A stretch of DNA of 64,000 nucleotides from Bugula neritina (lineage: Eukaryota > Animalia > Bryozoa). The stretch lies in contig OZ037766.1 in NCBI GenBank assembly GCA_964035545.1, positions 7,244,722-7,308,721 on the forward strand, read 5' to 3'. Positions 48,277 through 62,481 of this stretch are shown here, piece by piece. The translations under genes were made by a program, and so were the position numbers. Numbering within the stretch: the first letter of the stretch is position 1; every line of letters starts with the position of its first letter. Below the pieces are notes generated by a model. That model searched no databases. It was given only the letters and a program-made list of their open reading frames with translations, and was not told where the DNA came from.

Positions 48277-49419
48277 CATATATGTGTGCCTGAAGCCTGA
48301 AGTACAGCATATGCTTTCACGTCACAAATTGCGATGCTAGGCTGATGTCTACTATTTGGGTTGTGCTAAGCAAGTGCCTCTGACTATAGCATGACGCATC
48401 TGTATAGTTTCAAGTAAATTGAAGTTGTAAAATTCCTAATAAAAAATATGTTGAATATTTATATTCTTTTTTTTGCAATTTAGCACCCAGTTTCTTTTTA
48501 AAACTCAAGTGATGAAATTATGAATCATAAATTATATGTGCAAAATACACATGCATATATTTTACTAATTTTAAGCATGCGTGCTCTAATTAGAAAATTG
48601 TATAATTTATAGCTACGTAACTTAGCTATTATACTAGAATTCATTCAGCAAAAATACTGCTTCATGGTTTATGAGTAATTAATAATTACCTCTAAGGTCA
48701 TTGGTTGTAACTCTTCAAATTTTAACAGTTCAAATGTAATCACTGTTGCATTTTGCATGCATCAAAACTGTTCTGCACTATATTTCACAGTTTTAAAAAA
48801 AAACTAAACATAATGCACATACTGTAGTTATTATAATTATTTTGTAATAATTTGTTTATAGTAAAAATATTCAAGGCACAATTTATGTTAACTATGTAGT
48901 TTCACCAATTACTTGTTTGTCTATTAAGGTGCATGCTTATCACTGATAAAAAAACTTGCAATGATAGTTGTAACTTCCAGTATTATTTCTAATCCATTAT
49001 TATGGAGTCCTGAAACTATTATAAATATTATATTGATAAGTTAACCTTTATAATAGCATTATTGTGCAGAATACATAACAGTAGAGGAAGACAACCCTGC
49101 AAATAAAGACGCTACTGATTCGCGGAAATAAAATGTTGTAGGCCGAGAGCAAAGTGCAGCTGTAAAAAATACAAGTATACAAACCTGAGTTATTAGGCGC
49201 GTGCTAAAATCTTATTGCCCCTACTCCGGAAGAAAGATAATCATACTCACTAGTTGACACTTGCATCTTAATCCTTGTCTACATCGAACTGCCAAACTAC
49301 AATAGACATTCAATAGTCGAGACTATTTTTACTGTATTTTTTTATTGTTTAGCCGAGAGCTTTTACAGTTTACATATTTTTACTTGATTATGCTTTATTG
49401 ATTATCATTATATTTAGCC

Positions 49420-50200
49420 AAAGTCAATGGTTCAATCATCAATGATCAAATTCAATGACTTCGATTTCAATTTGAGCTCAATCAATATGAATATGCGGAA
49501 TATTCATATCATGATTATTGACATCAATATGAGATTGAATATAAAATATAAATATGATCATCATAATGATTGATAATAATATTAATATTCTATATTTTGA
49601 TTTATATTATTCTATTTATTACCATATTCGTTATCACTATCATTATGATTATGATAATGAATATAAATTAAAATATCACTATAAATAAGTTTTAGTATAA
49701 GATTAACTTAAAGTATATGAATATCAGTTTTATTTCTAGACTTTACAAAGTCACTTTGTATTTATTTACTATATTTAGTTCTGTTATTTCTGTAAAATTA
49801 AACTTAATTACTATTAGTATTAGTTGATAACTTAAAGTTAATGTGAATGAGTCAAACTTAATGTTAAATGTAACTATTAGTTTTAGTATAAGTATTAGTA
49901 TTACTATTAGTACTACTACTAGTGTTAGTCTTAGAATAAGAATTTGAATTTTAAAGTTAGTAATACTAGATTTAGTTTTACTATTACTATATTACCGTTA
50001 GTTATTCTTATAGTTATATTTAAAGTAATACTAATAATAATACCTTGCTAATACGAATAGTAATACTAGTTAGTACTACTAATAGTGAAACTCTAATAGT
50101 AATACTGACAGTAATAATAGTAATACTAATAGTGATTTTCGAATGGTGAATATAAGTATATTTGTACTTGTAGTAATGCTGAAATTAGTTAATTAAGACT
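49420..50200. repeat. Degenerate 3/6-nt-periodic TA-rich satellite between the divergent neur and MARVEL genes
   Basis: tcaatg/tcaatc/tcaaat hexamers, then TATTAG/TATTAC (49870-50000) switching to AATACT/AATAGT (50025-50130). Confidence 0.75.
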
Positions 50201-50819
50201 AAAATTACTGGATTAACAATCGGTCAAAGCTTTTTTTCTGTATAATTTGCCCAAAACAGTAAGCAGCAAATAGTAGTACGAAAATAATTACACATATGAT
50301 AATATAAATGTTTTAATGATTAGCCAGCGTTTCTGTTGCTGATATTTTATTAAATTATCTTACTAAAGTACATTTTTATGCATGCATTTTCAAGAAAGTG
50401 TTCCAACTCCAAAAGTTTTTTGTCCCATCAGTTTGAATTTTGAGTTTGAAATTTTTTAAATTTGTTTAATAATTTATATTTTTATGTGTTCACCTAATAT
50501 TAGTTTTATCTATGAGAAAACCCAGATAACAACACCACTTGATTCACTATTTCGCTTACATTATCTTTTTATTTTTATATTATCATTTTATTTTTACTTT
50601 TTAGTAACAACACGAGATTAAACTACAAAATTCTGACTCATTGAGGTCTTACTGTTAGGTAGCATCTATGTATAAACTGCACAAACACAACTGTTCTACA
50701 TATGGCAATGCTGTTTTATACAGTTTATTTAAAAGCTTGCTCATCATTCTATAAAGGAAAGATCATTTTATTATACCAGCATTGCATTAACTGTTGATAT
50801 CTATTGTTTTAAGCTTATA

Positions 50820-53800
50820 ATGCCTGGAAACCCACCTAAACCTCCAATCCAGTTCAATAAAGCCTATTTCTGCTCACACAATCTTTTAATTTTCAAGATA
50901 TTAGAAGTGGTAAGGATTTATTTACATTTTGTTTATTTGCAATAAATTTTGTAGTAAAATTATAGTTTGAGATAAAAAGGGGCAAAGCTTTCTTGGTTCA
51001 ATAGTAAAGTAGGTCTAACGTGCATTAACTTACGAAACCAAGCTGTCAAAGAATATTGTATATTTTGTTAAAAAAAAGTTGAAAAGCCTCAATGACTTTA
51101 TGCTATCTTGATAAATTGTTAACTTGAATTTATCTTTTAATCATTTACTTGAACTTAAATATGCGAACAAGACCATTTTTGTGAAATTCAAATTGACCAC
51201 CATCATAGTGTGTGCCTTTTAAGTAATACTCAGTACTGTGAGTGCACACCAAGACACCCAGTGGTGATCCGGTTAAAGTATTGTCAATATCTGAGTTCTG
51301 TACCTAACTATATAATGTACCATTCTCTTACCCATCATACATTATATTGGTCATTTAACTTGAATGGTGCAACAGTGCTAGATGATTAGGCAATGAATCA
51401 ACAAGTAATTAAATGAATATCAGTGTTGGTATTGCTTTGCTTTGTCTTATGTTTGTGCAGTGAGTCATGTAAAAGGTGACCTATCTTGATTTCGTTGATA
51501 ATTACTTGTGCTTGTCCACAGCATGTTCCTATTTATTTGCTGTAAAATGAAAGCTGTGTCAGCAGTACATAGTATTGCCTATTAAATATGAAATTGGAGT
51601 AACTATATTAAATATAACATTAAAGTAACTGAAAAAAGTTTCACTTCTAATGAATGACATTGGTGGAGTCTAACAAATATTTGTTTAAGGCTTTGATAAT
51701 ACAAACTGAATTATATGCACTGTAGTCCATTTTATTGCAGATCATTTAACTTTGCTGGTATCTCCTCAAGCTATAAAAGATAATCGGCTGTTATTACTTT
51801 GTAGGAGTTAAAAAGTCATGTTGTAGGCCTTAGTCGTTTAGTACCAGAGCTAAAGTGTTAGTGAAAAAACTCATAGTTTATAACCATATTTTAGATGGCA
51901 GCAAGTATAATTATAATATAAGCATTTGAAGTAACTTGACCACACACTTTAAACTATGCCATTAGGTCACAGTGCCTCTTTTTAGTCCCTCATCTAATCT
52001 TTTGTAGGTATGCCTGCTAGTAACTGTGATTTTCGCATCACAGTTCACAGGCCCTTCTACAGTCATCTACATACAGATTATAGGAGCTTTAGGCGTTGTT
52101 ACATGTCTAGCCTGGATTCTGCTGTTCTGTCTCAACCTCAATGCGAGGTTTCCTGATTTCTTTCCTGTTCTCGTAAGTAAACCAATCCACAGACTTGTCC
52201 GCACCAAACAACTAGACTATATTGGATGCTCAGACTTGCTGGCCACTAAATCAATTAACTTGTGTTTTCCAGGGTGAAATTGAGGCTCTGTATTTGTAGA
52301 TAATGCCCTTATCTGTTAGCCATATCAAGTTATCACTTTCATCTCATCATTACTTCTATTTTTTCTATAATTCCTAACTAAATACTTATAAAAAGTTTTA
52401 AAACTAGTTAGTTGACTTGGCAGAATCGCTGAAACCAGCACATTCTGAACCACGTTAAAAGTGGAAATAAAGTCATTCTTTTGTGGATTTTTAGTATATC
52501 GGTAGCCCCTGTTTCTAGTGCCTGATATGTAGTCTAAGTACTATTAACTCCTGCCCAGAACTTTTTTTTGTGTGCAAGAAGTCTGAATGAGTAAAGGACG
52601 TGATGAGGACCCACTATTATTTCTCTTGTAGATGTTTGTTTACCATTTTCTGCTTGCTCTCCTTACCATCGGAGTTTGTGTCAGCTGTGGCTTGCTGTGG
52701 CCTCAGTTCAAAATTAGCATCTACCCCCAGTTTGCTGTGGCTACCGTAAGTATTGTTCTGTTTGATGGAAATCCTCATGTAATTTTTTACCTTTAAGCAT
52801 CCTTAATTTATGCTATGAATAACACCATGGAATGCTGTGCTTACCTCTACGAAAAAAATAGTGGAAGCATTACTTCATGTTCCTAGTTACAGGTTTAATT
52901 TGCTTTTTAAAAATTATCACTCGTTTGCACTTTGTAACCAAAGCCAGTAGTACTTGTGTTATTATAGTGACCTTTCTTTCAGTTAAGTTGTGTAAGTTGC
53001 TAAACGTTTTGCCACTTTCCAACTAGCTTATACAGTTGCTATACAAAAAGCAAGTTTGGTAAAACAATAGTTTCCGGAGTTGTTTGTTTGCATCATAAAA
53101 GTGAGGTTTCATCATTGCTTTAGTGAATACCCCAGTGAGTAATCATGAATAATTGGAAGATATCACTGGGCATTGATGCTTAAATTCCACCTAGTTTCAA
53201 TGAAGCATAGTTTTCACAACAGTTGGTGCACTAAAATTATGTTGATGCAGTAAGAGAAAAATATCATTAGCCTAAGATCTTCAAGATTTTAGTTTGGACA
53301 CAAATTGTAGTTTTCACAAAAATAGGAACTCTTTTGCAAGATATTTTTTATGAAGTTTAGGTTTATTTCCCTATTCCTCTAATGTTGTGTATGGAGAACT
53401 TCATATAGATTTCCACCATATCAGTTTAACCTAGGCATGTCCCATCGGCTGGTCACTGATTATATGTAGCTTAATTGGTAAGGCTGATTGCTGGCTGTTA
53501 GTTCTATTGAATAAAATAATTGTATTTGTGAAGCAATGACTGGATAATTGCTCTGAGTAATATAATAGCTAGTAGTTCGATAAAATTGCTTATAAAGTTT
53601 GCTCAGCATTAAGTAGGTCACCCATGGTTGACTGACCGTTATATTAGTAGCTAGTATTTGGTTGAACTACGACTTAACAGGCTAATACCCTGTCTTCCAC
53701 ACTGCTCTCTTATTGATATAGGTTTTACAGATAAGGTGCCAATTTTATTGGAGCAGCATTTATGTAAAGCAGTACAGTTGCTTGAAATTATTATAAAAAA

Positions 53801-55285
53801 CAATTTGCTGGAAGTATTATTTCACAAGAGAATGATGGCATTATTAGTAGTTGGTTGTTGCATTCCTATTGACTTATTGATGACACATTATTATGGTATT
53901 TCATAATTTCAACAGCATCATTGTGTCACACCCAGAAACATGAAGCAGGGACTGCACCTATTCACAATGAGATACATCATTACTCTCAGCAATTAATAAG
54001 TTATCAGTTACTTTGTACTTGTTTAGTACATAAACAAACAGTGGGGGAAGAACTACTAGTTACAAGTACATCTGGATCAAACACAGTCCTCATGCTTACC
54101 CTCTACCCACTTTTGATGATTGTCTGTTCTGTCATTTTATGTGAAATAATTACCGAGACTTTCATTAGATATCTAAACTTCTGGCGTATATTTTTGGATA
54201 AAATTGAGAGTAGTCAATTGCCCAATTACTTATTAATTAAATACGGCACTTAAACTTTTGGGTTTAAAACATCTGGATTGCATGTGTCTGGTAATAATAT
54301 ATTTGATACCAGGAATGGTACTTCTAGTTAACTAAACTACATGGTGATCACCTCACCCAAGTAATGACCTGCTTTTCTGTGCATATAAAATAGTTTCCAA
54401 AAGCCAATATAGTAAATATTACAGGAATAAAAATTTCTCACATTCCCTTTATAAGTTGGTTAGTAAAATAAGGTTTGAGTATGAAACTTGTAAAAGGCTT
54501 GGTGAATAGAAAACCTAAGGGCAGTATTAGGTTGTACAAGAAGGCAGTTTGCTCGTAGGTGAATGCCTGTATTACAAGTCATGTGCAATATAGGGGTGGT
54601 GATTACATTGCTATATAGTATAGACTGTATAGTACAGGTAGTGTGTGTCATGCTGTTAACATCTTCAAGATAAATCAAACTAAATTGAAGTGCCACCAGT
54701 TTTACCTTTTCTATATTATATTTACAAATCATGTATCTTGCACTCATCCTATGGTAAAACTGACTGCTTGGTATACATAGCCTACATTTTAATTTATATT
54801 GTATTTAGTTATTTTTTACAATTGTTGTTTTGATGAATAGAATACTTTTTGGCAATGTATAATTCAATTTTCAAATTCAATACATTTTTAAAATCCTATT
54901 TCTTCTAGGCCTTTTTCACAGTTTTTACACACATCGCTTTCTGGCCGCTTTACAAATAGTTGTCTCAGACTCCTTTGGTCTAGCTGAATATGGTTGATGT
55001 TTATATTATAAAAATGCCTTTTTAATTTTATCTTTAACTTTTGTGTATTCAATGACTCAGAAATAGCGATAGTTGTGGAACAGCCATCGTTAAAGAGTTG
55101 CTATGAAAAAATTAGCTTATATAATATGCACCCTGTACTTTCTCTATTTATTTTAGATTACAAGCTTCATTGCTTCCATCTTGTTTCTTGTTGATGCCAT
55201 GCTGAACATGCTGTGGTGGAGAAGTGCTGTGGATGAAATAATCACATGTCCATGCTCTCCCTGGAAGTTTGAAGCTACGATATGA
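50820..55285 (+). CDS. MARVEL-domain four-TM protein (CMTM/MAL/plasmolipin-like), 165 aa
   Basis: Exons 50820-50909, 52008-52172, 52632-52745, 55157-55285 (all phase 0, GT-AG): MPGNPPKPPIQFNKAYFCSHNLLIFKILEV|VCLLVTVIFASQF...IIGALGVVTCLAWILLFCLNL...|MFVYHFLLALLTIGVCVSCGLLW...AVAT|ITSFIASILFLVDAMLNMLWWR...*. Four hydrophobic helices and an FN.xY.xS...LKxxE-like start typical of MARVEL. Confidence 0.75.
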
Positions 55286-56869
55286 TGGGCTGTTTTGTTT
55301 TAACTTTTGGAATATCTAGTTGAAAACAGTTACCCGAATGTGATATTTAATCAAAATAAAGCAAGATGCTATTTTTGCTCATTTAATTGTAAAACATTTC
55401 TTTGTAAGATCTGCTATTCGATTCACAGTATCAAAAATTTTGGTTCTTAATTTTTGATATATTCTTTGAAGATGAATAACTTATGTTTTATATAGTTGTA
55501 TTGTCTTCGTTCAGTCTTATACTTTGCGGTAACATATTATCATATAAATAATATTACTTTTGGACTGATTCATATTGCTTTCCAACTCTATTACTTTTTA
55601 TTTTTCTTTGCATTTGATACTCACTTTGTTAAGCATGAATAGATTTTCTAAAACAGTAAATTTTAGAGTTTCTTCTGTAACTTCAGAGTTGGAATTTTAT
55701 CGGTAAAGTTTTCTACCCGTAGATGTTTTTGCTACTGCTAGTCATTTAGATTGTGCTTATTAAGCCGGATTATTACTTTGTGCTGCTTTTAATGTTAAAC
55801 TTAAACTCACATTGTATCATTATGTTCTTTTGTAGTTTAATTAATTTTCACACTTAGATTGTAGGCATTGGTGTTATTTGATATTGGTAATTTGTAAATA
55901 AACCACATTGTACCATTTATTAAAATAGTGCAGTTGGCTGAATGTATTCAGAGTAACTTTCCCTAATTATTTTCATCAAGTGTTGAGTCTTCAAACTTTT
56001 TGTTGAGTATTTGCTATTGTTGGAGCCTAGTAATAAGTTTTGATGTATAAAAGCTTTAGTGGTAGCTGATGATTTATCTAGTAGCCTTCAAATTTCAAAC
56101 CTGTTCACTGCAAATTCAAAAAATATTTCATTACTAAAGGCAGATAAAAATTGAAACTCAAAAAATACAGCTTTGATTCATTACAAACATTTACTCAGTT
56201 GACCGAACCATAAATAAATGGAGGTCTGTGTAAATTTGTAATTTCAACTAAATATTAGTTTGTGGATGCAATAACATTTTCAATCTTTTCCAACTTCTAG
56301 AAAATATTTGCAAACTCACCTATTAATGCTAACCCAAATACTGAATGACTACTTGGATGCCCAATGTAGTAAGCAAAAAATTAGAAGGCTCAAACTTGCA
56401 ATTTGCATGGTTTTTAAGAAAAAGTTGTGATATCATTATAGCTTTGGAAGGAGAAGACTTCTGCCAAAACTATAAAATTTTATAAGTTAATTGCAAATAT
56501 TTGAGATCATTTTGTTATTGGTGGCATAAACTACGGATTTATTTGCTAAGTAGAGTATAAAGCAGGTATTAATATCATGTGCCAACTAGGTGCCAGAGGT
56601 AGATGTAGATTTGCAATACTTTTTCTGATCAAATTTAGAAGTTGTCTGTTACTCAATACTCTGACATTTGAAGACCAGAATTATCTTCCTTATTCTATTA
56701 AGAAGATAACTCTATAAACGTAACGCGTATAGTTTTACTTTTATTACAATGAAAATAACCTAATGTTGAAAGTTTAGCCCAACTTGGTTCGGCTCATCAT
56801 TTATGATTTTACTGTAATATTATATAATTGATTCAACAACCTTTTCATATTAATCACTGTGATACTAAA

Positions 56870-58140
56870 ATATGGTAATGGGTGATAGATCGTAATGGAC
56901 TTTGAGTTACCATAGCCTACAGGCATAGCCCATGGCATACTGATACTCATACTCGTAGAGTTAGAGTTAGACATAAACTCAAACTGATAAAGCCCACGGC
57001 CATTGCCATATTGATATTCAAATTGCCATTGAGTTTGACTATTCACTTATAGTTATAGTTATTGAGTTTGACCATGACCATCACCATGGGGCTGGGCATG
57101 TCCGTTGTCATTTCACTCATTTTGATTCACTTATAGTTATTCAGTTATTGAGCGATGACTTTCAGTTTCACTATGTTATACTAATTCAATTAGTAATTCA
57201 CTAATTGTGTGAATTACTATGAGTAATTTAATTTTATGATTTTGATAAGATGATAATAATATTAATGTTATTAAATTAATATAAATATTATTATAATTAT
57301 TAATAATCGGTATCGCCTTCCCAATCATAATGATAATCATAATGGTATTGATATTCATATTGATCTACAATTATATTTACAAACTAAAACATAAATATCA
57401 TAACTATAAGTATAAGTGTAACTAATACTTATCCTATTGGTAATAGTATTAGTCACTGTATTACTATTAGTATTACCCTTAGCCATTAGCCCATTACTGA
57501 TTACTATTAGTAATACTATTACTATTAGTATTACTATAACTCTATAAGTATAACATTTGCGATTTGCAATTACTATTAGAATACGATAAAATTGAGGCAT
57601 ATAAGTATAACTAAATATAACAAATACAATAACATTAACTGTAAAAATATAAGTATTAGCATGACTATTAGTATTGGTAATTTAGTAGAACCAAGTCTTA
57701 GTAGTCACTATAACTATAAGTTTAGCCACATGCCTAGGGCTAGGCCTAATACTTAGATTAATACTAATAGTAATAGTATTAGTAAAACTAATAGTAATAG
57801 TAATATTAATAACAATACTAATACAGTGTCACTACTACTTATGTTAATGGTAATACTAATGGTAATAGTAAATATAATACTGAAAATAAATCTAATAATT
57901 ATTTACTGGTACTTATTATAGTAGTAATAGTAATGCTAATGGTAATACTAATTCTGATTGCAATTATTTTTTCAATAGTATTAGTATAAAATATCACACT
58001 AGTAACTGTAATGTTGTAGGCATAGTGATAGTTGATATTTGTAATTTACTCTTACTAGTATTACCAAGTAATACTAATTGCTATTAGATTTAGTTGGAGA
58101 TAGCCATGGGCATATGACTATATTAATATAATAGTCAAAA
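56870..58140. repeat. Degenerate 3/6-nt-periodic satellite upstream of the DUSP11-like gene
   Basis: accatg/accatc/ggcatg hexamers (56900-57120), a TATTAG/TATTAC block (57420-57560), then an AATACT/AATAGT block (57760-57950). Confidence 0.75.
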
Positions 58141-58230
58141 TAAAGTGTTGAGTTTGCGACAGATTTTAAAGCTGTTGTAAAGTAAACCTTTATTTAAACT
58201 TGCAACTTTATAAGACTGAGTGAATGATTG

Positions 58231-58522
58231 GGGTGCAGGTCATTTCATACACAAGTCGTTTCGTACCCACTTTTTAATAGATTAATAAAAAACATTGATC
58301 AAAATAAAACCAAAAATAGCGTGTTTAATAATCATATAAATATAAATATTAACGAATTTGTCATACCAGATTAATATAAAAAAACATTGATGTGAAAGAT
58401 ACATGCTGGGATGCAACACATAAATAAACTAGTATAATTTAAGTGATTATCCAGTGGATAAATTTATTACTAATTTTGTGTACGAAATGGGCAGCAGTTT
58501 GTGTATAAAATGACAGTAACCC
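58231..58522. mobile_element. MITE with GGG...CCC termini and 8-9-bp TSD
   Basis: TIRs GGGTGCAGGTCATTTCATACACAA / TTGTGTATAAAATGACAGTAACCC; internal TTTCGTAC / GTACGAAA; flanks aatgattg (58223-58230) / aatgactg (58523-58530). Confidence 0.65.
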
Positions 58523-59513
58523 AATGACTGGACTAAAAGCAGATAAATTAGAACTAAGTTGTCTGCTAAGCCAGTAGGCCTATGCAAAATTAGCAAACAT
58601 AATGATAACCGATAACTGTTACTATGATTCTATTACTATTACTAACACTAATAATTATAATATAAAAATGTAACTATTCATATAAAAGTAAATGTATGAC
58701 TACTACTGTAGGTTTCAAACATGGTGCACCTATGGCTGTTGGCATTTTGATTATTTAAAAAAGTATTAATATTATAAACAAGCTATGAATATTATAACAT
58801 TTATTATTATAGTTGATGCTATTGCAATAAGTATTACTACATGTGCAGGTACTATTATAAAACTAACTCTAACTCATTGCGTTTAACTTTAGGAATAAGT
58901 ATTAACTATTCTTCAACTTGAACTGTAAGTATAATTTTAAATTTAATTACAATTTTATTACAAAATTAAATATGAGTAATTGTAAAAGTGTAATTTAGTC
59001 TTTTATAATGTTCTTTAAACTGTGCAGAAGTGCTTAATCATTTGATGCAGCAAAGTATATTATCAAAATATACTTTTTTAAAATTTTGCTGAAATTACAT
59101 AAAACGAAAAATATAAATTTTAGTAGTTTTTGCTCTTATTTATATCTAAGTTACAAAATCTTTAAAAAGTTTGTTTCCTACTAATTTCATGTCTTTTTAT
59201 GTTCATTTCTCAAGTATTCAATTTTAATATCCAATGCAAACACCAAGTTTACCTGATCCTAATCCAATCTTAACACAATCAATTCAACTGGTTCAATTTA
59301 GATAATAAATGAAAAAGTTATGTTTTTATTATAATTTAAAAAACTCTATTTGTCTTGAAAAAACCTGCAGCTTTTCATTTTAAATAGTTTTGCTATTTAT
59401 TGCTAGAATCTCTATACATTTAAATTTTGGTTAGTTTGTAGTTATCTATTTTTAGGATATCCCTGTAGTGTGGCCTAAGTTTACCTTTTGGAACAGAGTC
59501 TTTTTTCCCCCAA

Positions 59514-60907
59514 ATGGGTGGTATACCGAAAGGGTGAGGCTATTTTTGTTTAATAACGGGTATTATTTATCTTTGCTTTGAAATTAAAACTGTTGCAGGT
59601 TCTATACAGAAGGCTGCATTACATCGCACAGTATTAAAGCCTCATTATATAATTATATACAAAGCTGCTAAATTTATTGTTTTCACCTTATAGTTAGGTT
59701 ATCTGTACCTTCTAAGACTCTAAACTAATGGAGTAAATCATATATGTATGAATAGGTGAATTGATTATACTATTGATAGCTGATTTATTGAATATATCTA
59801 CTATTTTTTCAGCTAACCAAATTGTCCAAAGCAATTTTCCATTATGTTTATTGATAAAATGTTGTTTTAATTAAGTGTACATAATGATCAGTTCTTTGAA
59901 CCAATATGTGTGCAGGTGGTTAGACTACTCTAAAGTAGGGAAGCCTATGAAAGCAGACAATCTCTCTGTTACTTTCCTGGCATTCAAAGTTCCCCTCAAG
60001 CCAGTGAGTCTAATCATAATCTATAGAATATTGTTTCACTTCCTTGAAATAACTTTATGTAGTGTAAATCAAGTTACTGTACTGCTGCACAACTATATAA
60101 ACGGATGTTGAGATTAATTTCTTTTTTTATTGTAGTACCCATTTAGCATAAAACTGTGTTAAGTTGAATGGTCTAAACTCTAAAAAATCAGTAACTATTT
60201 TTCCAAGTTTAAAAAGCATATTTTCTTTTGTAGATTCATTGCAAATTTCTACATTTTATATAAACTTCTTTTTAGAAGCTAGAGTTTGAAATTAAAATTA
60301 GCTTTCTGTTTTAAACGTGAAAATGGGTTTTTTTCTGTAAAGATAGAAATAAACTATTTAGCAGTATTCACTAGTTTACTATTTTAATATTTGGTAATAC
60401 TTATTCTTTCAGCAATTAACTGGTAGTCTGGAAGCCAGTGAAGTATTCGGACCAGCTGACCTCATTACCAAGTGCCAGGATGAGAATATTCACCTGAAAC
60501 TCATTATTGACTTGACTTTCACTTCTCGCTATTATCAACCCAGTGTGAGAAGATAATTTTATATACCTCTGCATCCATATATCATTATATTTTGTATGCT
60601 CAAGGTGAAACATGCAGCTTTATATTCTGATAAATTCAAAAGTGATCTTCTCTATTTACGTTTTAATTTTTAACTTTTCCCAATATGATAGGCAAGAAAT
60701 GTTGAATTTTCAAGTAATACTTGAGCCACATTTATTCTGACTCTGTACATGTCTAATCTCCTCTCAGTCATTGTAGTATTGTATGTGTTTATTAATTTTC
60801 TGTCTATGTAAGTGTGTCTCTTTATAGGAGTTTACTAAGGCTGGAGTAAAGCACTTGAGAATTCCTATTGAAGGTCAAATTGTGCCGAAGAAAGCTAGAT
60901 TTGAAAA
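59514..60907 (+). CDS. DUSP11: DUSP11/PIR1-like RNA 5'-phosphatase, 3'-partial (first four coding exons)
   Basis: Exons 59514-59533, 59916-60003, 60413-60544, 60828-60907: MGGIPKGWLDYSKVGKPMKADNLSVTFLAFKVPLKP|QLTGSLEASEVFGPADLITKCQDENIHLKLIIDLTFTSRYYQPS|EFTKAGVKHLRIPIEGQIVPKKARFE. This matches the DUSP11 motifs IP..W.DY..VG, FIAFKVPL and LIIDLT.T.RYY. The catalytic HCxxGxxR exon was not found in the window. Confidence 0.85.
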
Positions 60908-62317
60908 GTGAGTAATACAATATGGAAGGAGAAATTCGCTTTTATTTACCTAATAATTTAGTTATGGTGGTAAAACTGTTTAATGTAGTGATGTTGGTTT
61001 GGTAAAAACACTTCAGTGCTGCCTTTCCCTGCCAAAGCCATGCTTTAGGGCTGTTTCAAGTCAAACTGGCTTTGAATACTTATAATTTGTTGACTAAATT
61101 GACTCGGCAAAATTGCTGGCTGTGATATAAAAATTTTGGTCAGCTCTTTTCATTTTAGCCAAATTAGAATATAGTTTGTTTAGCTTAGTTTGGTTAGAAC
61201 GTTTACATAGTGAAAATCGCTAACAGACAACTAATGCTAGTTGCTACACTAGAATGGACACTAGTGTTGGTTACTATAACTGTTACTGGTATTAATTAGC
61301 TCTTGCAGCCAATTTATGATTTGGGAGTTGCTTTCTAATGCTTTCAGTAAGTTAGGAGTATGCAACTCCATCATTGGTGAAATTTACTACTAATACAAGA
61401 AGTGCACGGGATAGTTAAGCAGGGCTCGCCAGTCTGGCATGTTTTTAATTACTGCTGTGCTTATATTTATTATGTTTTGATTTAATATAAAATATATTAT
61501 GTTATAATTATTACTTAGTTGTTATGTCATAGTTTGGAATGCAATTTTACTATTTCAGCTTAAATGGTGGTTTGACAATTGTGCCAATTATTGAATATGC
61601 ATAAATGGTAGATTGACTACAAGGCATATATTTCTTTAAAAAAGTCTAAGTTAGTAAAAATGTATAATTTCTAACTAATTAATATACTACTAGAGGGGGT
61701 ACAGACGCCAGCTCATGGTTCATTACACTAGAGCAGAAAACTGCTACTATCTGTACAGCCTGCAATATGTATTTATACTCCTGTTTTTTGTTGAATTGAT
61801 AAGCCTATTCTGTTATTCAGTGCTGGATGACAAGTAGTTGAATGAATTTGCTCTCCTATTGAAACTGCAAATTTCCAAACAGGTGTGCATAATGGCATTG
61901 CAATTGGTTGGAATGTGGCTGTGTTTATATTGAATTATAACTACAACTGCAGTTTAAATTATCACTTGCTCTTAGTTTATACATTTGAGAGTAACCAAAC
62001 ACAATAATTAGATTAGATAGCACACATGTACATATGCAGAAAACTTGTCTATCCTTAGACTGTGATAACATTATTAGTGACAGTTTTTCCTTAGCCTTAA
62101 TGTTCAACTCAACTATTTAATGCTTTGCATAATTTTATGGCCAACTCTTACTTATTTCATATTGCCATCTGCAAAGTTAGAATAACCTAATTTCCAATAT
62201 AATTAGCAGGAAAATTATGAAATTATCTGCAAAAACTGTTCCCTATTTTATCATTTAACATCAAGGCTGTTGTCATAGAATTCATCTTTAACAGTTTTAT
62301 TTTTTGGTCCCAGCTGT

Positions 62318-62481
62318 CATTTAGGTGTAGCAGTGGAGAAATTTCAATAACCCAAGTTCTTTTATTTTCTTCAGAAGTTTGGGTTTGGGGCTAGATTGAA
62401 ATTCTTGTGTGAACATCATTTGTTACATTTTCCATCTAGAACACAAGCTTTTCCCATTTTCTCCATTACTGCAACTACCTC
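62318..62481 (+). mobile_element. ~165-bp MITE-like element (family M1), copy 3, more diverged
   Basis: CATTTAGGTGTAGCAGTGGAGAAATT...TTCTCCATTACTGCAACTACCTC, homologous to 40283-40452. Confidence 0.75.

Noticed and set aside
61875-61925. GGTGTGCAT (GVH) as the DUSP11 catalytic exon
   Set aside because: It continues GVHNGIAIG rather than HCxxGxxR.
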